Shown here: piece by piece, positions 24,701-36,229 of the stretch
How positions within the stretch are numbered: the stretch's first letter is position 1
Layout of the letters: each line of letters starts with the position of its first letter
From: Macrostomum lignano
Lineage: Eukaryota
Assembly (NCBI GenBank): GCA_002269645.1
Contig: NIVC01000997.1
Span: 248,001 to 312,000 of the forward strand
Direction: 5' to 3'
Length of the DNA stretch: 64,000 nt
The notes under the pieces: model-generated
The model's database searches: none
Told to the model about the DNA's origin: nothing
Seen by the model: the letters and a program-made list of their open reading frames with translations, nothing else
Translations under genes and position numbers: made by a program

Positions 24701-25947
24701 AATCGGAACATAGCAAGATGGACAAGAATGCCATGCAATGTTGCTTTACACTAAATTCAATATTAAATTCTGTATTTTTAGACTAATTAAACAAAACAAT
24801 AACAAAACGAAACTTTAAAGCGGAATTTTATTAATAAAATACAATATGAAATATTGACTTTTATAAAACTGACATATAGACTTAGTACAGCATACTAGCT
24901 CACCTTTTGAAACTTCCTTCCCTGACGGTGGCAGTTAATGGCATTTAGTTTAATCGGTGTGCTCAATAAAAACCAGATCCGATACTATACAGATAGGTTT
25001 TACTAGTAGGCACGGCCTGCGAGCTGACCCAGCAACTGGGGGTCTGGGAGGCTGGCCCAGCAACTGGGGGTCTGGGAGGCTGGCCCAGCAACTGGGGGTC
25101 TGGGAGGCTGGCCCAGCAACTGGGGTCTGGGAGGCTGGCCCAGCAACTGGGGATCTGGGAGGCTGGCTCATCAACTGAGGATCTGGGAGGCTGGCCCAGC
25201 AACTGGGGATCTGGGAGGCTGGCCCAGCAACTGGGGATCTGGGAGGTTGGCCCAGCAACTGACACTCTGCGAGGTTGGCCCCGCAACTGACACTCTGGGA
25301 GGCTGGCCCAGCAACTGACACTCTAGGAGGCTGGGCCAGCAACTGGGGATCTGGGAGGCTGGCTCATCAACTGAGGATCTGGGAGGCTGGACCAGCAACT
25401 GGGGATCTGGGAGGCTGACCCAGCAACTGGGGATCTGGGAGGCTGGCCCAGCAACTGGGGATCTGGGAGGCTGACCCAGAAACTGACACTCTGGGAGGTT
25501 GCCCAGCAACTGGGGATCTGAAATCAGTGTAGCTGGGAAGCAAAATGAATGTCAAAAGATTAACTTAAAAAACTGAGGACAATTCTAGAGAAAAGATTAT
25601 AGCAGTACTAAAAATATTCTAAAGAGCATAAAATACAAATCTTATCATTATGACTCACGATTCTTCTGATGTATCCAACAGAGCAGACTGACTGTACCGC
25701 CATGCCACCTTCCGAATGATCAGGAAAATGATGATCAAAATCTAAAAACGAGATGCAGAAAGTTGTAATTTTATACTTTGTCATAATTAATAAACAAGAG
25801 TTGTTGCTGCTTTAGACAAAGCAATTTATAACTTACCACACTGGTAACAGCATTTAGCAATAGGTTCTGCGGGATGCCTTCATAGCCAATAATAAATGAA
25901 GACTTACTTTGGCCATATGTGTTAATTCTTTCGCATGTGTCATTCAT
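15741..25947 (-). CDS. TMEM63: TMEM63/CSC1 (OSCA family) mechano/osmosensitive cation channel, ~823 aa, 12 exons
   Basis: Exons 25837-25947, 25659-25741, 24904-24921, 22654-22879, 21637-22052, 20495-20575, 20113-20356, 19583-19762, 18773-18949, 17531-18068, 16641-16927, 15741-15851 (2472 nt, all GT-AG, phases consistent). Family motifs: IRKVAWRY, GKDAVRYIKLQRY, HFREAYP, VEYAPYPEDLNWHNL, TQFLPTLFLW, NYVITTAMIG, APLILVFGILYMIMKMIVDRYNI, PYLPKVL. Confidence 0.93.
15905..16582. repeat. 33-bp minisatellite whose core is an RFX X-box (GTTACCATAGCAAC), last TMEM63 intron
   Basis: About 20 units of TCTAGTTACCATAGCAACAATAAACCTCTATAT; 7 exact GTTACCATAGCAAC copies plus variants. Confidence 0.92.
17075..17500. 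repeat. 21-22 bp C-rich minisatellite with two unit types, TMEM63 intron
   Basis: CCCCAGTTCTATCCGCTCTCT grading into CCCTACCCCCTGTTAATCCGCT. Confidence 0.9.
18155..18720. repeat. ~32-bp minisatellite (ACACAAGCGCGCAAGTACACAGACAGACAATT), TMEM63 intron
   Basis: Seen directly. Confidence 0.93.
19125..19535. repeat. 22-bp minisatellite (GGACAGGTAGGTTATCATTGAT), TMEM63 intron
   Basis: Seen directly. Confidence 0.93.
19815..20100. repeat. (CTA)n microsatellite, TMEM63 intron
   Basis: Seen directly. Confidence 0.93.
20800..21530. repeat. 23-bp minisatellite (ACATGCCTTTACAGACATAGAAC), TMEM63 intron
   Basis: Seen directly. Confidence 0.95.
22130..22620. repeat. ~30-bp degenerate minisatellite (ATTTGAAATCCCCATTAATCCCCTAAACTG), TMEM63 intron
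   Basis: Seen directly. Confidence 0.88.
23030..23900. repeat. 23-bp minisatellite (CTGTCTAATCTGATCTCTAATGA), TMEM63 intron
   Basis: Seen directly. Confidence 0.95.
25025..25520. repeat. 28-bp minisatellite (GCTGGCCCAGCAACTGGGGATCTGGGAG), TMEM63 intron 2
   Basis: Seen directly; same family and orientation as 1-620. Confidence 0.95.
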
Positions 25948-28900
25948 CTGAAATGTGTTTTTTAACAATAAATATAACAAGATTTGCCTACAAGCAATTG
26001 TCATGCTTAAAAGAAATTTTCATAACTATCCTATACACTAAAAATCAGTAGTGGGTATCTATCTAGGTGATTGATTTTAGAAAAAATGGCTGAACTAATT
26101 CAAATTCATTAATATTCATTAATAACATTAATATTTCAATAATAGTCAATAATTAGTCAATAATACGCCCACCTCATTACTTATCAGTTACTTGTCAATA
26201 GTGCTAATGGATAGCTTAATGAATTCATTCCAGATAAATGGCTATCAAAGCAATTATAAATATGTGCTGGTAACTTTCATTTTTCATTTTATAAGTACAA
26301 TATATTTAAAGCAATAATGATAAAAATTTGATGTAAAGACAAAAAGTTTAAGCAATTCAAATAGCTTTGAGCAAATTCCTTGCCATATTCATTGCAAATT
26401 GCTATGCTGTTGCCATTTTCTTAACAAAAAAACTGCTATATAGACATGGTGAAGCCATGAATTGAAATGCTTAAACCTATATAGAAATGTTTAACTATAT
26501 TCACTGTTAGAGGCTAAGTATTTAATATCTAGATCTATTCCTTTTAGTAGGCCTAGCCTTTAACCAATAGGCCTATATCTTTACTTCTTGTTTAATGAAA
26601 TGTGCCTAGACCAAATGCCAACCCTATCCCTAAAGTTTGTCAGCACCTATAAATCTGTTCCATAAACTTGATTTTACTTTTCTAAAGCCCCAAAGCCTCC
26701 TAAGCCTCAGAATTAATCTGATCATAATATGTGACTGCTCAAATATTCTTCCTATTCAAAATACAATATGTTGTTTTATCCTTAATTCTTTATCTTATTT
26801 ATGAGAAACATGCCCACAATCTCTAATACTCTTAACTCTTTAAATGCAAATTTTGTAGCCCTTAATTCCACAATACTTTATCCCTACACAATGAATTTAT
26901 CCCTAATTCATACCTTTACTTATGAGCTATAATATCAATACTCAACTCTTGACTCATTCTAAATCTGTCCCACATCAATGCAACTATTAGGTATTTAGAT
27001 TATCAACTTTCTAATTTTAATTCAAACTGAATATTTAGTCAATTTATTTGAATTCTAAATAATCTAAATATTCATCTTAGAAAGTGGTGATAACTTTAGG
27101 CAATGAGTTTAAGTGATTAGTACAAAAAAAATTTACACTTATATATAAGCTTATATTTATTTATATGTATACCCATATGAAAAAAAATCCTTACAAAGCC
27201 TTTTGACACTATACTAATGAAAAAGAACAAATTGCTATTTCCCCTATGTCTTTTATTGAATAAAGTTGTTTTTTTACCTAGGCTAAGTAGAGAAAGTTAA
27301 TAATTGAGAAAACCAATTTTTATAATCAGATATATAGCCATAGGTACTTAAAGATCATAACAAAAACTCTAATAAATATTTGTTCAAGCTTTTGCCAAAA
27401 CATTTATTGCCAAAATGACTTCTAGCCAAAATTTCTCACCAAAATGACTTTTCATGAAATGACATCAAGTTAAGTCCTAACCCTAAGTACCTAAATAAAT
27501 TCCCTAATTCAGATTGGACCACTAAAACTAAACTAAAAGCAAGCAAATGTTATTTTTAACAATAACTAGAGAAGGCCTAAACACCACAAAAACTCCCTTT
27601 TAAATAGATATGTTTAGCTTATCTGGCAAAATTTCCCGCATGATCTGCACAAATTTGGACATGTTGTCACACAATATTAATAAGAAATTGTGTTGTATAT
27701 ATAGTATATATGGTATATTGTACATATGAAGTATATATCAATTATGCAGGAGAAAGTATATAGGAAATTGTGCCAGAAATTTTGTAGGAAATCATGCAGA
27801 AAAGTAAGCAGGAAAGTATGCAGGAAAGTATATAGGAAACAATGCTTGAAATTGTGTGGGATAAGTTAAAGTTTTAAATACATTTTAATAGGCCTAAACT
27901 AAAATACAAGGCTTAGGTCTATAAAAAGTCTTAACTTAGGCCTACTATTTTTGGTTTAAGGACTTATTGCAAAGATAAGACTCATGGCACTTATCATCCT
28001 GGTCTTGATTATTGGTCTAAATTATTCAAAATTTAAAGTCATTTCAAAAAATAAAAAAATAAGTTGGCTATTCTAATCAGTGATAGATTTAGGGGGAGGC
28101 ACACAGGGTGTGCACCCTCTATTGAGTAAGAATTATTTTTTATATGGAAAATACACATTATCGTCTAAATATACATGTACATGATATACATATACATGTA
28201 CCTAGGCCTACCTCAGTAATCTACACCCCTAGGCCTATTCAAAATTTTCTGGATCCATATCTATACCTGTGGCTAGGCCTAGGCCTAATTGTTTGAAATT
28301 GGACACTTTATCTAACAAATTGGCCTATAAAATATGTTATTTTTAATAAAACGCATTTAAGTAAATGGAAATACTATCAGATGTGGTCTTGTGTGGATCT
28401 GCCTATGTAATTTGGATTATGAATTTATGTCTATAACAAAAGTATTCAATCCAAGTATTTCAATACTCAAAAAGGCCCGGAGATACTAATGAATCGAAAA
28501 GAGAGGATGGCACTGAAGCTAACAAATTAAGTCTTATGGTTCATGTAATCCAATATCTAAATCGCTATTTTTCTCTTGGTGTTCTGGTGGTGCCATGTAG
28601 AAAGTAATTCTGTAATTACACTAATTTAAATCGTACCATTGAAGCATTTAATAGGCATAACAAAGTATCTTATTTATATTAAAAATACAAAATAAATTTA
28701 TCATTAAAATCTTTGTGTACTTCAATATTACTAGTTACTAAAGGAAACACAACTTTATAAACATATTGTTGCCATACTTTATTTTAAGTCAATATTTCAA
28801 ATGGATTCACGATTTCTGTGAATCGATTTATTATATACGATCAAAATTGTCCAAACACACACACAGAGTTTTGACTTTTATAGGTAGAGATGTATAGGGA

Positions 28901-30403
28901 ATTCACTTCAGATAGTCACAACATCCTTCACGGAGTGTCCGTGCATAGTAGCAAAAAGGTGCAGGGCAACAAACAATGTAACAAACCCTATAGACAATTA
29001 CATATTGCTTAGAAAAACAAAGTTGCTGTTTTTCTATTCTAATGCTTATTATAATGTGACTTAATTTAGGGGCCTAGTAAGCTTTTTTGGACTCCTCAAG
29101 TGCTAAGTCTAAGAATCAATTAAACAATAAATATAATTTAACAAATGATTCTTCAGGATAGCCAACAAAGCTATAAAAGCCAAAGATCAAGAAGGATTAT
29201 GATTTTATTAACATGATTTTGTATATGCCCTATACACAGTAGAGGTTGGAAGGGATTGAAATCATTGGATGGGATCAGGATCTGGAATAATTTCAGGATC
29301 TGGGAATTGGTATCAGGTCTTTAAAATATATTGTAATTTGTATATTTGTAAGTTTATATAGACAAATAAAAAAGATATATAACATAACATAGACAAAAAT
29401 TAAAAAAAATATTAGCTATTAAAGTAACTAGGCCTACTGACTGATAACTGATAACAATGTAACAAGTATAATTAAAACAAAATGCATTAAAGCAATCAAA
29501 AATTCTACAAATTTTAAACTAAAAGATCTGTACCCAATTCCCGTTTTTTTTAGGTTGGGATCCCAATCTCGCAGAAATCCAATTTTCCTTGGACCTTGGG
29601 ATCCTAAGATTTCGGGATTGGGATCCCGCCTGACCTTAACTATACAGCTATACTGTATATATGATCATGATATAAAAATATATTTAGCTTTGCCTTTAGG
29701 CTTTATCGTATAAATTTATATTAGAGACAGCCATGGGGTTTAGTTGAAATCACCATATTTAAAATTGAAATTATACATGATCTTAAATATATTATAATGA
29801 CATTGTCATTAGAGTTAGATATAAACATTTCAACTTCAAAATGACAACTTTAATTTTGACTTAGTCTTAAGACTTTATATAAAGGTAACTCAAGTACTAA
29901 GTAGTATACTTTTAATATATACTTGATTTTAATTTTGAACATAATATTCAATTATATTAATTAACATAATAATTATATAATTAATTTAATTGATTAAGTG
30001 AGGCTAGATATATGCTAAGATGGCAGGATAGAATCTTTTCATGACAATTTTGGAATAGTAAATTGTGTGCAAATTTTTTGGACTTGACTTTGATAAACAG
30101 CGATTTATAGGTTTTTCTATAATATTTTAATAAATACCAAAAAACAAAATTTGTATTCTTCTAAATAATGTTATTGTCATGCTTAGTAGCTTTGCTTTTA
30201 AATGCAATAATTTTGTTTTATTATAACAAGTGCAATTTGCAACATTTTCAAATAAAGTCATACAAGTTTTTTTGCACAAAAAACCTATAAATATTGTATT
30301 TATTGTGCAAGTTTTTTATCAATTTGTAAGGAATACATTTAGAATGCATACAAAAATTCTATCCAGGGATGTGTGGAAAAGGGGGTAATAAGATTTGGTA
30401 ATA

Positions 30404-33400
30404 CACACATGTCCTGAAGCCTTCTCAAGGTGAAAATAAAGTCAGCCTCAAATGACAGTGATTTATGCATTCACTTGAACCTTAGCAAGGTATACGTGCA
30501 ATTTTAAAAAAATCTTCCGAGCTATCTCCATTCTACAAGTACTTCATTCCATAGCTTGTGATAATGCATAATTTGCATTGATTGTACATATGGGTAGAAC
30601 CGTAGATCAAAGTACATGTAAGTTAAACCAGTGATAGCCGATTTCAATTATAGTAAACCAACTTAGATGATGCAACAAATATAAAGTTTCATGTAGCTCA
30701 GCGGGGGTTTGGGTTGTGTGGCTTGCCAATGTACTCAAATTTGGTCCCTCTGGCCCATGAGCTTGAGTGTGCTCTGTCCAGTGTACTTGACTCTAGACTG
30801 TTATAGGCATGTTGGTTGTATGCTTCCTACTTGTATAATAAAATCAATTGATGATAAATTCTGCAAGGCACGATTTCTTTTCACAAACCAAGCTCAACCT
30901 GTATTTGTTAGTGACTTGACTTGCAGTCCATAGTGAGCTTCAAGCCTACTTTCAATATTTCTACTCACCTTGCCATACATGTATAAAGAAATGAGTCATG
31001 CAACGCATGCACTATCACACGAAGAAAATCGCCTCAAGATCTGCTTGTTGTGCTACAAAAAGGGCTCATCAATGCAACGAATAGGTAATGCCTCGCTGAA
31101 ACGCATTCAGGCACACTTTTTGCCCAACTACAATGCGAATGATGAGCAGCTACCTGCAGCACTCTGTGCCCGATGCAACAAGCTTCTGGCTGACGTCGAC
31201 AAGGGCATAAAAGCGCCGAGTGTTTTGCCGAACTCCTCCGAGGTCGTAAAGGTGAGCCCAACAAAGATTACGCGACAGTCCAGCAGTTGTGCTTGCAAAA
31301 TATGTGAGACTGCCCGGTTCAACCCGATTGGGAAAGGACTGGGAACATGGAAACCAGAGCCACATTCGCTTGGACGACCCGCGTGTTCGGATCCAGATCA
31401 TGGTCTGCCACCGGCACAACCTGTTGTCATCTGCCAGCGCTGCCACTCAATGGTTGGCAGAGGTTTGCCTCACTACTGCACGCAAACACAGTGACGAGAA
31501 AATCTATTCAGTAAGTTGTCGCTAGACCGTCGAGGTGCCGAAATCCACGCAAGTGACGTGATCAAAGCTAAGGCTGCTTCCACCGGCTCAAACTCTAGAT
31601 TTCAATTGGCAACTAGAGGTCGTGATCTTACAGTGTGTGTTGGGCAACGGGCTGGTAGTTCTACATCAATGAGAGGTGGCTGCGCCGTACCAGCAGAGGA
31701 ATTCAGCCGATTCCAGCAGACGCTGTGTTTGAGCGGTCGGCAAACTAAGTTGGCTGCCCAATTTTTTCGAGCATGGAAAGGATGCAAGAGCATTGAGCCC
31801 AATTTGCGCAGCAAACTGAGCGCCATCGACTCTGCTCTAGACGATTTGTTTGAGTTGACTAACCTAGAGATGGACTGTGCCAAAGGAAAAAGGGAAATGC
31901 GCAGCATTGTATTCTGCACTGATCCTCTGGCTCTGATTGACAGAGTGATGGCACGTCGTCAGGTCAGTGCAGATGACGGCGCATTGATTAAAGTTGGCAT
32001 CGACAGCGGAGGCGGCTTCTTGAAGTTTTGTGTTAGCATTGTGCCTGCTCAAGGTTTAAAAGATCAACCTACCGGAAGTCGCAGCACGTACGCAGAAGGC
32101 GCATGCCGTTTCCATTTTGAGGATGGAGGAGTCCGTAAACTGCTCCTGCTTGCCATTGCCGAATCTGTTTCCGAGTCCTACGATAATCTGCAGCAGATCC
32201 TGAATCTTCTTAATTTGCAAGGATTTTCATTCTGTGCAGCAGTTGATATGAAAATTTCGAATGCGATCCTGGGACTTCAGTGCTGCAGCAGCACCCATCC
32301 CTGCCCTTGGTGCGAGACTGCCAGGATCGATTTTTCTAATCCAGACCGCACAAACGTGTTGAGATCGATCGGCGGTATTCGGCTACAGGCATTTGAGTAC
32401 CAGCGCACTGTAGAAGAAAAAGCGCCGCGCAACGTGTCTGCTGCTGCTTTCAAAAACTGTGTGCGTCCTCCTCTGCTCGAAGTTCCAGACAGCACGATGG
32501 TGCTCCAGGCCATTCCACCAATGGGGCTGCATCTCTTGCTTGGCGTGACCAATCGACTATTCGAAGAACTGGACACTCAACTGCGAGGACTCGAAGACTG
32601 TCAGATAAGCACCGATGACTGGCTACAGCAGCTTGGCCTTCGACGACCATTGCAGAACGGTGGGAACTTTGCCGGAAACGCCTGCGAGTGTCTTCTAAAT
32701 GGCGTCGACATTTTGATTGCAATGCTGGCTCAGCACAATGTGTTTTCGGCAATGCCTGTAGCTCACGCCCTACGCTGCTTCCGCGATGTGAAGGCCTCGT
32801 GCTTTGGTATGAGTGTGTGTGGAGACTTTGAGAATCGAGTCCGGGCATTCGAACAAGCCTATATCGATCTTGGAATCCGCGTCACCCCGAAAGTCCACGC
32901 TGTTATTGACCACGTTGTCCAGTTTTTGAACATGTCCAATATAGCTGGAGAACCCAAGAAGGGACTTGGCTTCTGGTCTGAGCAGGTGGTTGAGACTGCA
33001 CACCACGATTTCAGCAGCATGTGGCAAGACTTTCGGATCGATTTTCATCATCCATCGTATCCAGATCGACTGCACAAGTGTGTTGTTGCATACTGCTCTC
33101 GTCATGCCTAAACAAAATGTGAACTAGCTAAATCAATCAAGACTGCGAATTAGGATTATACATTTCTCTTTATTGGGATGAACAAATAGTTCTTAGTCAG
33201 ACCCTGTAGACTGGAAAGCGAAATTAAACAGAACATAATAAACAGGAAGTAAATAATTGGAATCTTTCAAAAAGCGTGTTATCTTACCCATTCAACCCAC
33301 CGAAATACAATGTCCGCATTTCAAAATTCCATTCCAGCTTTGCAATGCATGCATAGAGATTGTTAGTTCACTAGAAAATGAAATCTAAAAAAGACTAGAT

Positions 33401-34231
33401 GATCGCTAGCTATTGTCTTATCCCGATAGGACCCTAAAGTTATTTTTTCTTTTATTTATTTTTTAATTAATGATAGGAATACATTAGGTAGCTGGTGGAA
33501 ACCTTAATTTAATTCTTTCTACGAGCGTTTGGTAAACTTATATCGCAGAAGTCCTTGTTCTTACCCATCATCATGGAAAGGGAATAGCTTCCTTTGAAAA
33601 CTCAGCAGAATTTAATAGAAGGATATGCCTATGGTTTCAAGGGCCAAAATGGCATGAATACGAGAGCTGTGCAGCAAATTTACAGGCTCACAGCCAATGA
33701 GATGGTAGCTACGTATGAGGAGGGAATAATAGCTACAACTCAAAAGCAAGCGATAGAAAAATATCTGGGATAATATGCCCTTCATGCCTTGCATCACTCA
33801 CGCACAATTTTGCGCAATGCTTCTTTGTCCACTTTTATGTAGCATTCTCTGTACTGTACTGTACGAGTGTTTATGCTGTTTTTTGTTACATTTAGTCACA
33901 ATTATTCATTGATGTTTCAATTTATACTTTATACTTTGGACTTTGTAAGGTGATGGCATACCTATGAATTATAATGAAAAGTTTCTGACTTGTTTTAAGA
34001 TCATTTTTTCAAATTTCACAAACTCATGTAGACACTCATTTTTTGCATCACGCATATTGAAAACCAATAGTAATTAGGTCATTTGGTAATAAAGTGCTGT
34101 AAATCAGAGATAGCTCTGGAGATTTTTTTGAAATTGCACATATGTTGTGCTAAGGTCCAGATGAGTGTGTAAATTATTGTCATTTCAGGCTGACTTTATT
34201 TTCACCTTTAAAGGGCTTTAAGACATGTGTG
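30404..34231 (+). mobile_element. Chapaev-type DNA transposon, 3.83 kb, 125-bp imperfect TIRs with CAC...GTG ends, candidate 5-bp TSD TAATA
   Basis: Arms 30404-30528 and 34107-34231 align ungapped with 22 mismatches in 125 bp by hand count. TAATA lies at 30399-30403 and at 34232-34236. A transposase ORF lies inside. The exact termini are somewhat uncertain because weaker inverted similarity recurs ~50 bp further out. Confidence 0.8.
30991..33111 (+). pseudogene. Chapaev-like DDE transposase (~706 codons) interrupted by one in-frame TGA at 31492-31494
   Basis: ORFs 30970..31494 and 31516..33111 are in the same frame. N-terminal H-x7-C-x2-C...D-x3-P-x3-C-x2-C zinc finger (Chapa/RAG1-N-like) plus CxCxxC and CxxC...HxC clusters. 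Core motifs: KVGIDSGGGFLK, VDMKISNAILGLQ...HPCPWC, LHLLLG, TPKVH, GLGFWSEQVVETAHHDF. Confidence 0.85.
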
Positions 34232-35639
34232 TAATAGCCACTTTGGTTTGGTAATAAATGAGAACATTTGACACATTCTAAAATATATACCAATATACTT
34301 TTTCTTTGGTTTGGTCTAATAAGAAAATTTAATGAAATTATGATATATTAATGAAATATATATTATATACTTCTGTACAAAGGATATAAACCATTTGCTT
34401 AATCCAATAGGCATAGATCTAGAAAATTTTGAATGGGAGACAGATTAGTAAGATATGTGTATGATAATACATGATAATATAATATAATCTATATAGGTTA
34501 TCTAAACAATGAAAAAATAAACTCAATAGAGACACATGTCCTTTATACCCCTTCTCTTTAACTCTGCTATTGTAGGCCTAGTCATGTGTTTTTAAGGTGG
34601 GTGCTAAATTTAGCACCTACCCCACCTTTGGTATTCTTTAGTTGTACAATTTTGAAGTCTACAGCAAACAAATTTGTATACATGCAAACAGTTTTTATTT
34701 TTATGTGTATAGATTACTTAATTTTTTAATGATATTGCTATATGCCTAATAATGTATTTACTATCAAAGTTATAATAGTTTTTTTTATATAGTAAAATAA
34801 ATAAATATAAATAAAATAAGGACCTAAATAAAAAAATGAATGAATAAAGTAATACTATTATTAACAAAGTAAAACCTAGTCTAGCATAAATTATACTAAA
34901 TAGTGGTAGGTTGCAAAGTGAACAACTTACTTTTAACAAAATGAAACACAAATTAAATATTTTTACATTGTGTCTAATTAAGCTACAAAACTATGTTGTA
35001 CCCACTGGGAAAAACAATGTCAAAACAATGTCGTTTTGCGATGTTGTTTCGATGTCGTGGTTTTTCCCCGCCTTATTACATTGTTTTGACATCGTATTTA
35101 TATCATTTCGACGTTGTACATATGTCATTTCAACATTGTATGTACGTTGTTTTTACATTCTATGTATGTTGCAATGTTGTATTGATGTCATATTCATTTT
35201 CATGTAGTTTTTGTGGCCCTTGCGTGTTTCAAAAATGCAATTTAATCTATCTGCTAAAGATAATGTATTGCTAAAAATTTTCTTAGCCATAAAAAACTAT
35301 CATATACAAGTAGAATAGCTTAAAATGATTCTTTGCTAGATGGTAAATGTACTATTTGTTCAACTTCACTCAAGCTCTGGTATAAAATGATAGACAAGCG
35401 CACAGAATCACACAGATCATACAGACATACTATTAGTACCAGTACGCTATAGCTATAGTTGTAGAAAAACCAGTAAATTTAATTATTGTGCAAGTATTGA
35501 AATGAGTAAAGGGTTGTATGTAAGACAAACCATTTTTAGTATTTAAATATAATTGCACACAAGGTAACAGCAGAAGATAATTACAAAAAAGTATATTTGT
35601 ATTATTTTTTCTGCTGGCAAAATGAAACATGACCATGGC

Positions 35640-35681
35640 AAAAAGAAAACAAAGAAGAGAGAAATAGACAGAGAAGAATAG

Positions 35682-35730
<49 letters not shown>

Positions 35731-35785
35731 CAGAGAGAGAGAAAGAGAACGAGAATGAGAGCAAGAGAGAGAAAGAGGGAGAGGA
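35640..35785. repeat. (GA)n microsatellite
   Basis: Seen directly. Confidence 0.93.
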
Positions 35786-36229
35786 AAAGTTCGTAACCTG
35801 TAAACTAAAAGTAAAAAAAGCTATAAACTATTTTGGTAACAGTAACATAAGAGTGATATTAGTAAACTAAGTGCAAAAAAATTAAATTTTGATAACAGGG
35901 CTCAATGAGCTATAGCAAGCATTATAGAGAAACTGTGAAAACATTGAACCACAAAAAGGGGAAAACTTCGAAAAAGAAGAAAAAGCAAATTTGATAACAG
36001 CAAAAAGCTAAAACTCAATGAGAAGCATCTAAATAATCTTAAATTAGTATTATTGAGCTAGCCCATAGTTCTAATTGGTAATTAACCAAGGTGGTGCAAT
36101 GACATGTGTCATGACTTATGGGATGGGGCCACGTGGTAGGGGTGGAATTTGTCTAGTAAGCCTAGGGTGCGGCCAAGAAAATTTCCCTCGCGGCGGAGAT
36201 TGCAGTCGGAAACTGCGCAGTGGAAATTG

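Noticed and set aside
28085-29640. Small MITE-like relics (28085-28265, 29240-29640; also 43570-43725)
   Set aside because: They have GGGGG/CCCC or GGGATCCC motifs typical of MITEs, but the TIRs and TSDs are too degraded to define.
30404-34231. 12/23 RSS-type asymmetry or a RAG2-like partner gene in the Chapaev element
   Set aside because: The arms align without gaps, so there is no spacer asymmetry. The ~1 kb after the transposase has no ORF above ~60 aa and no kelch or PHD pattern.
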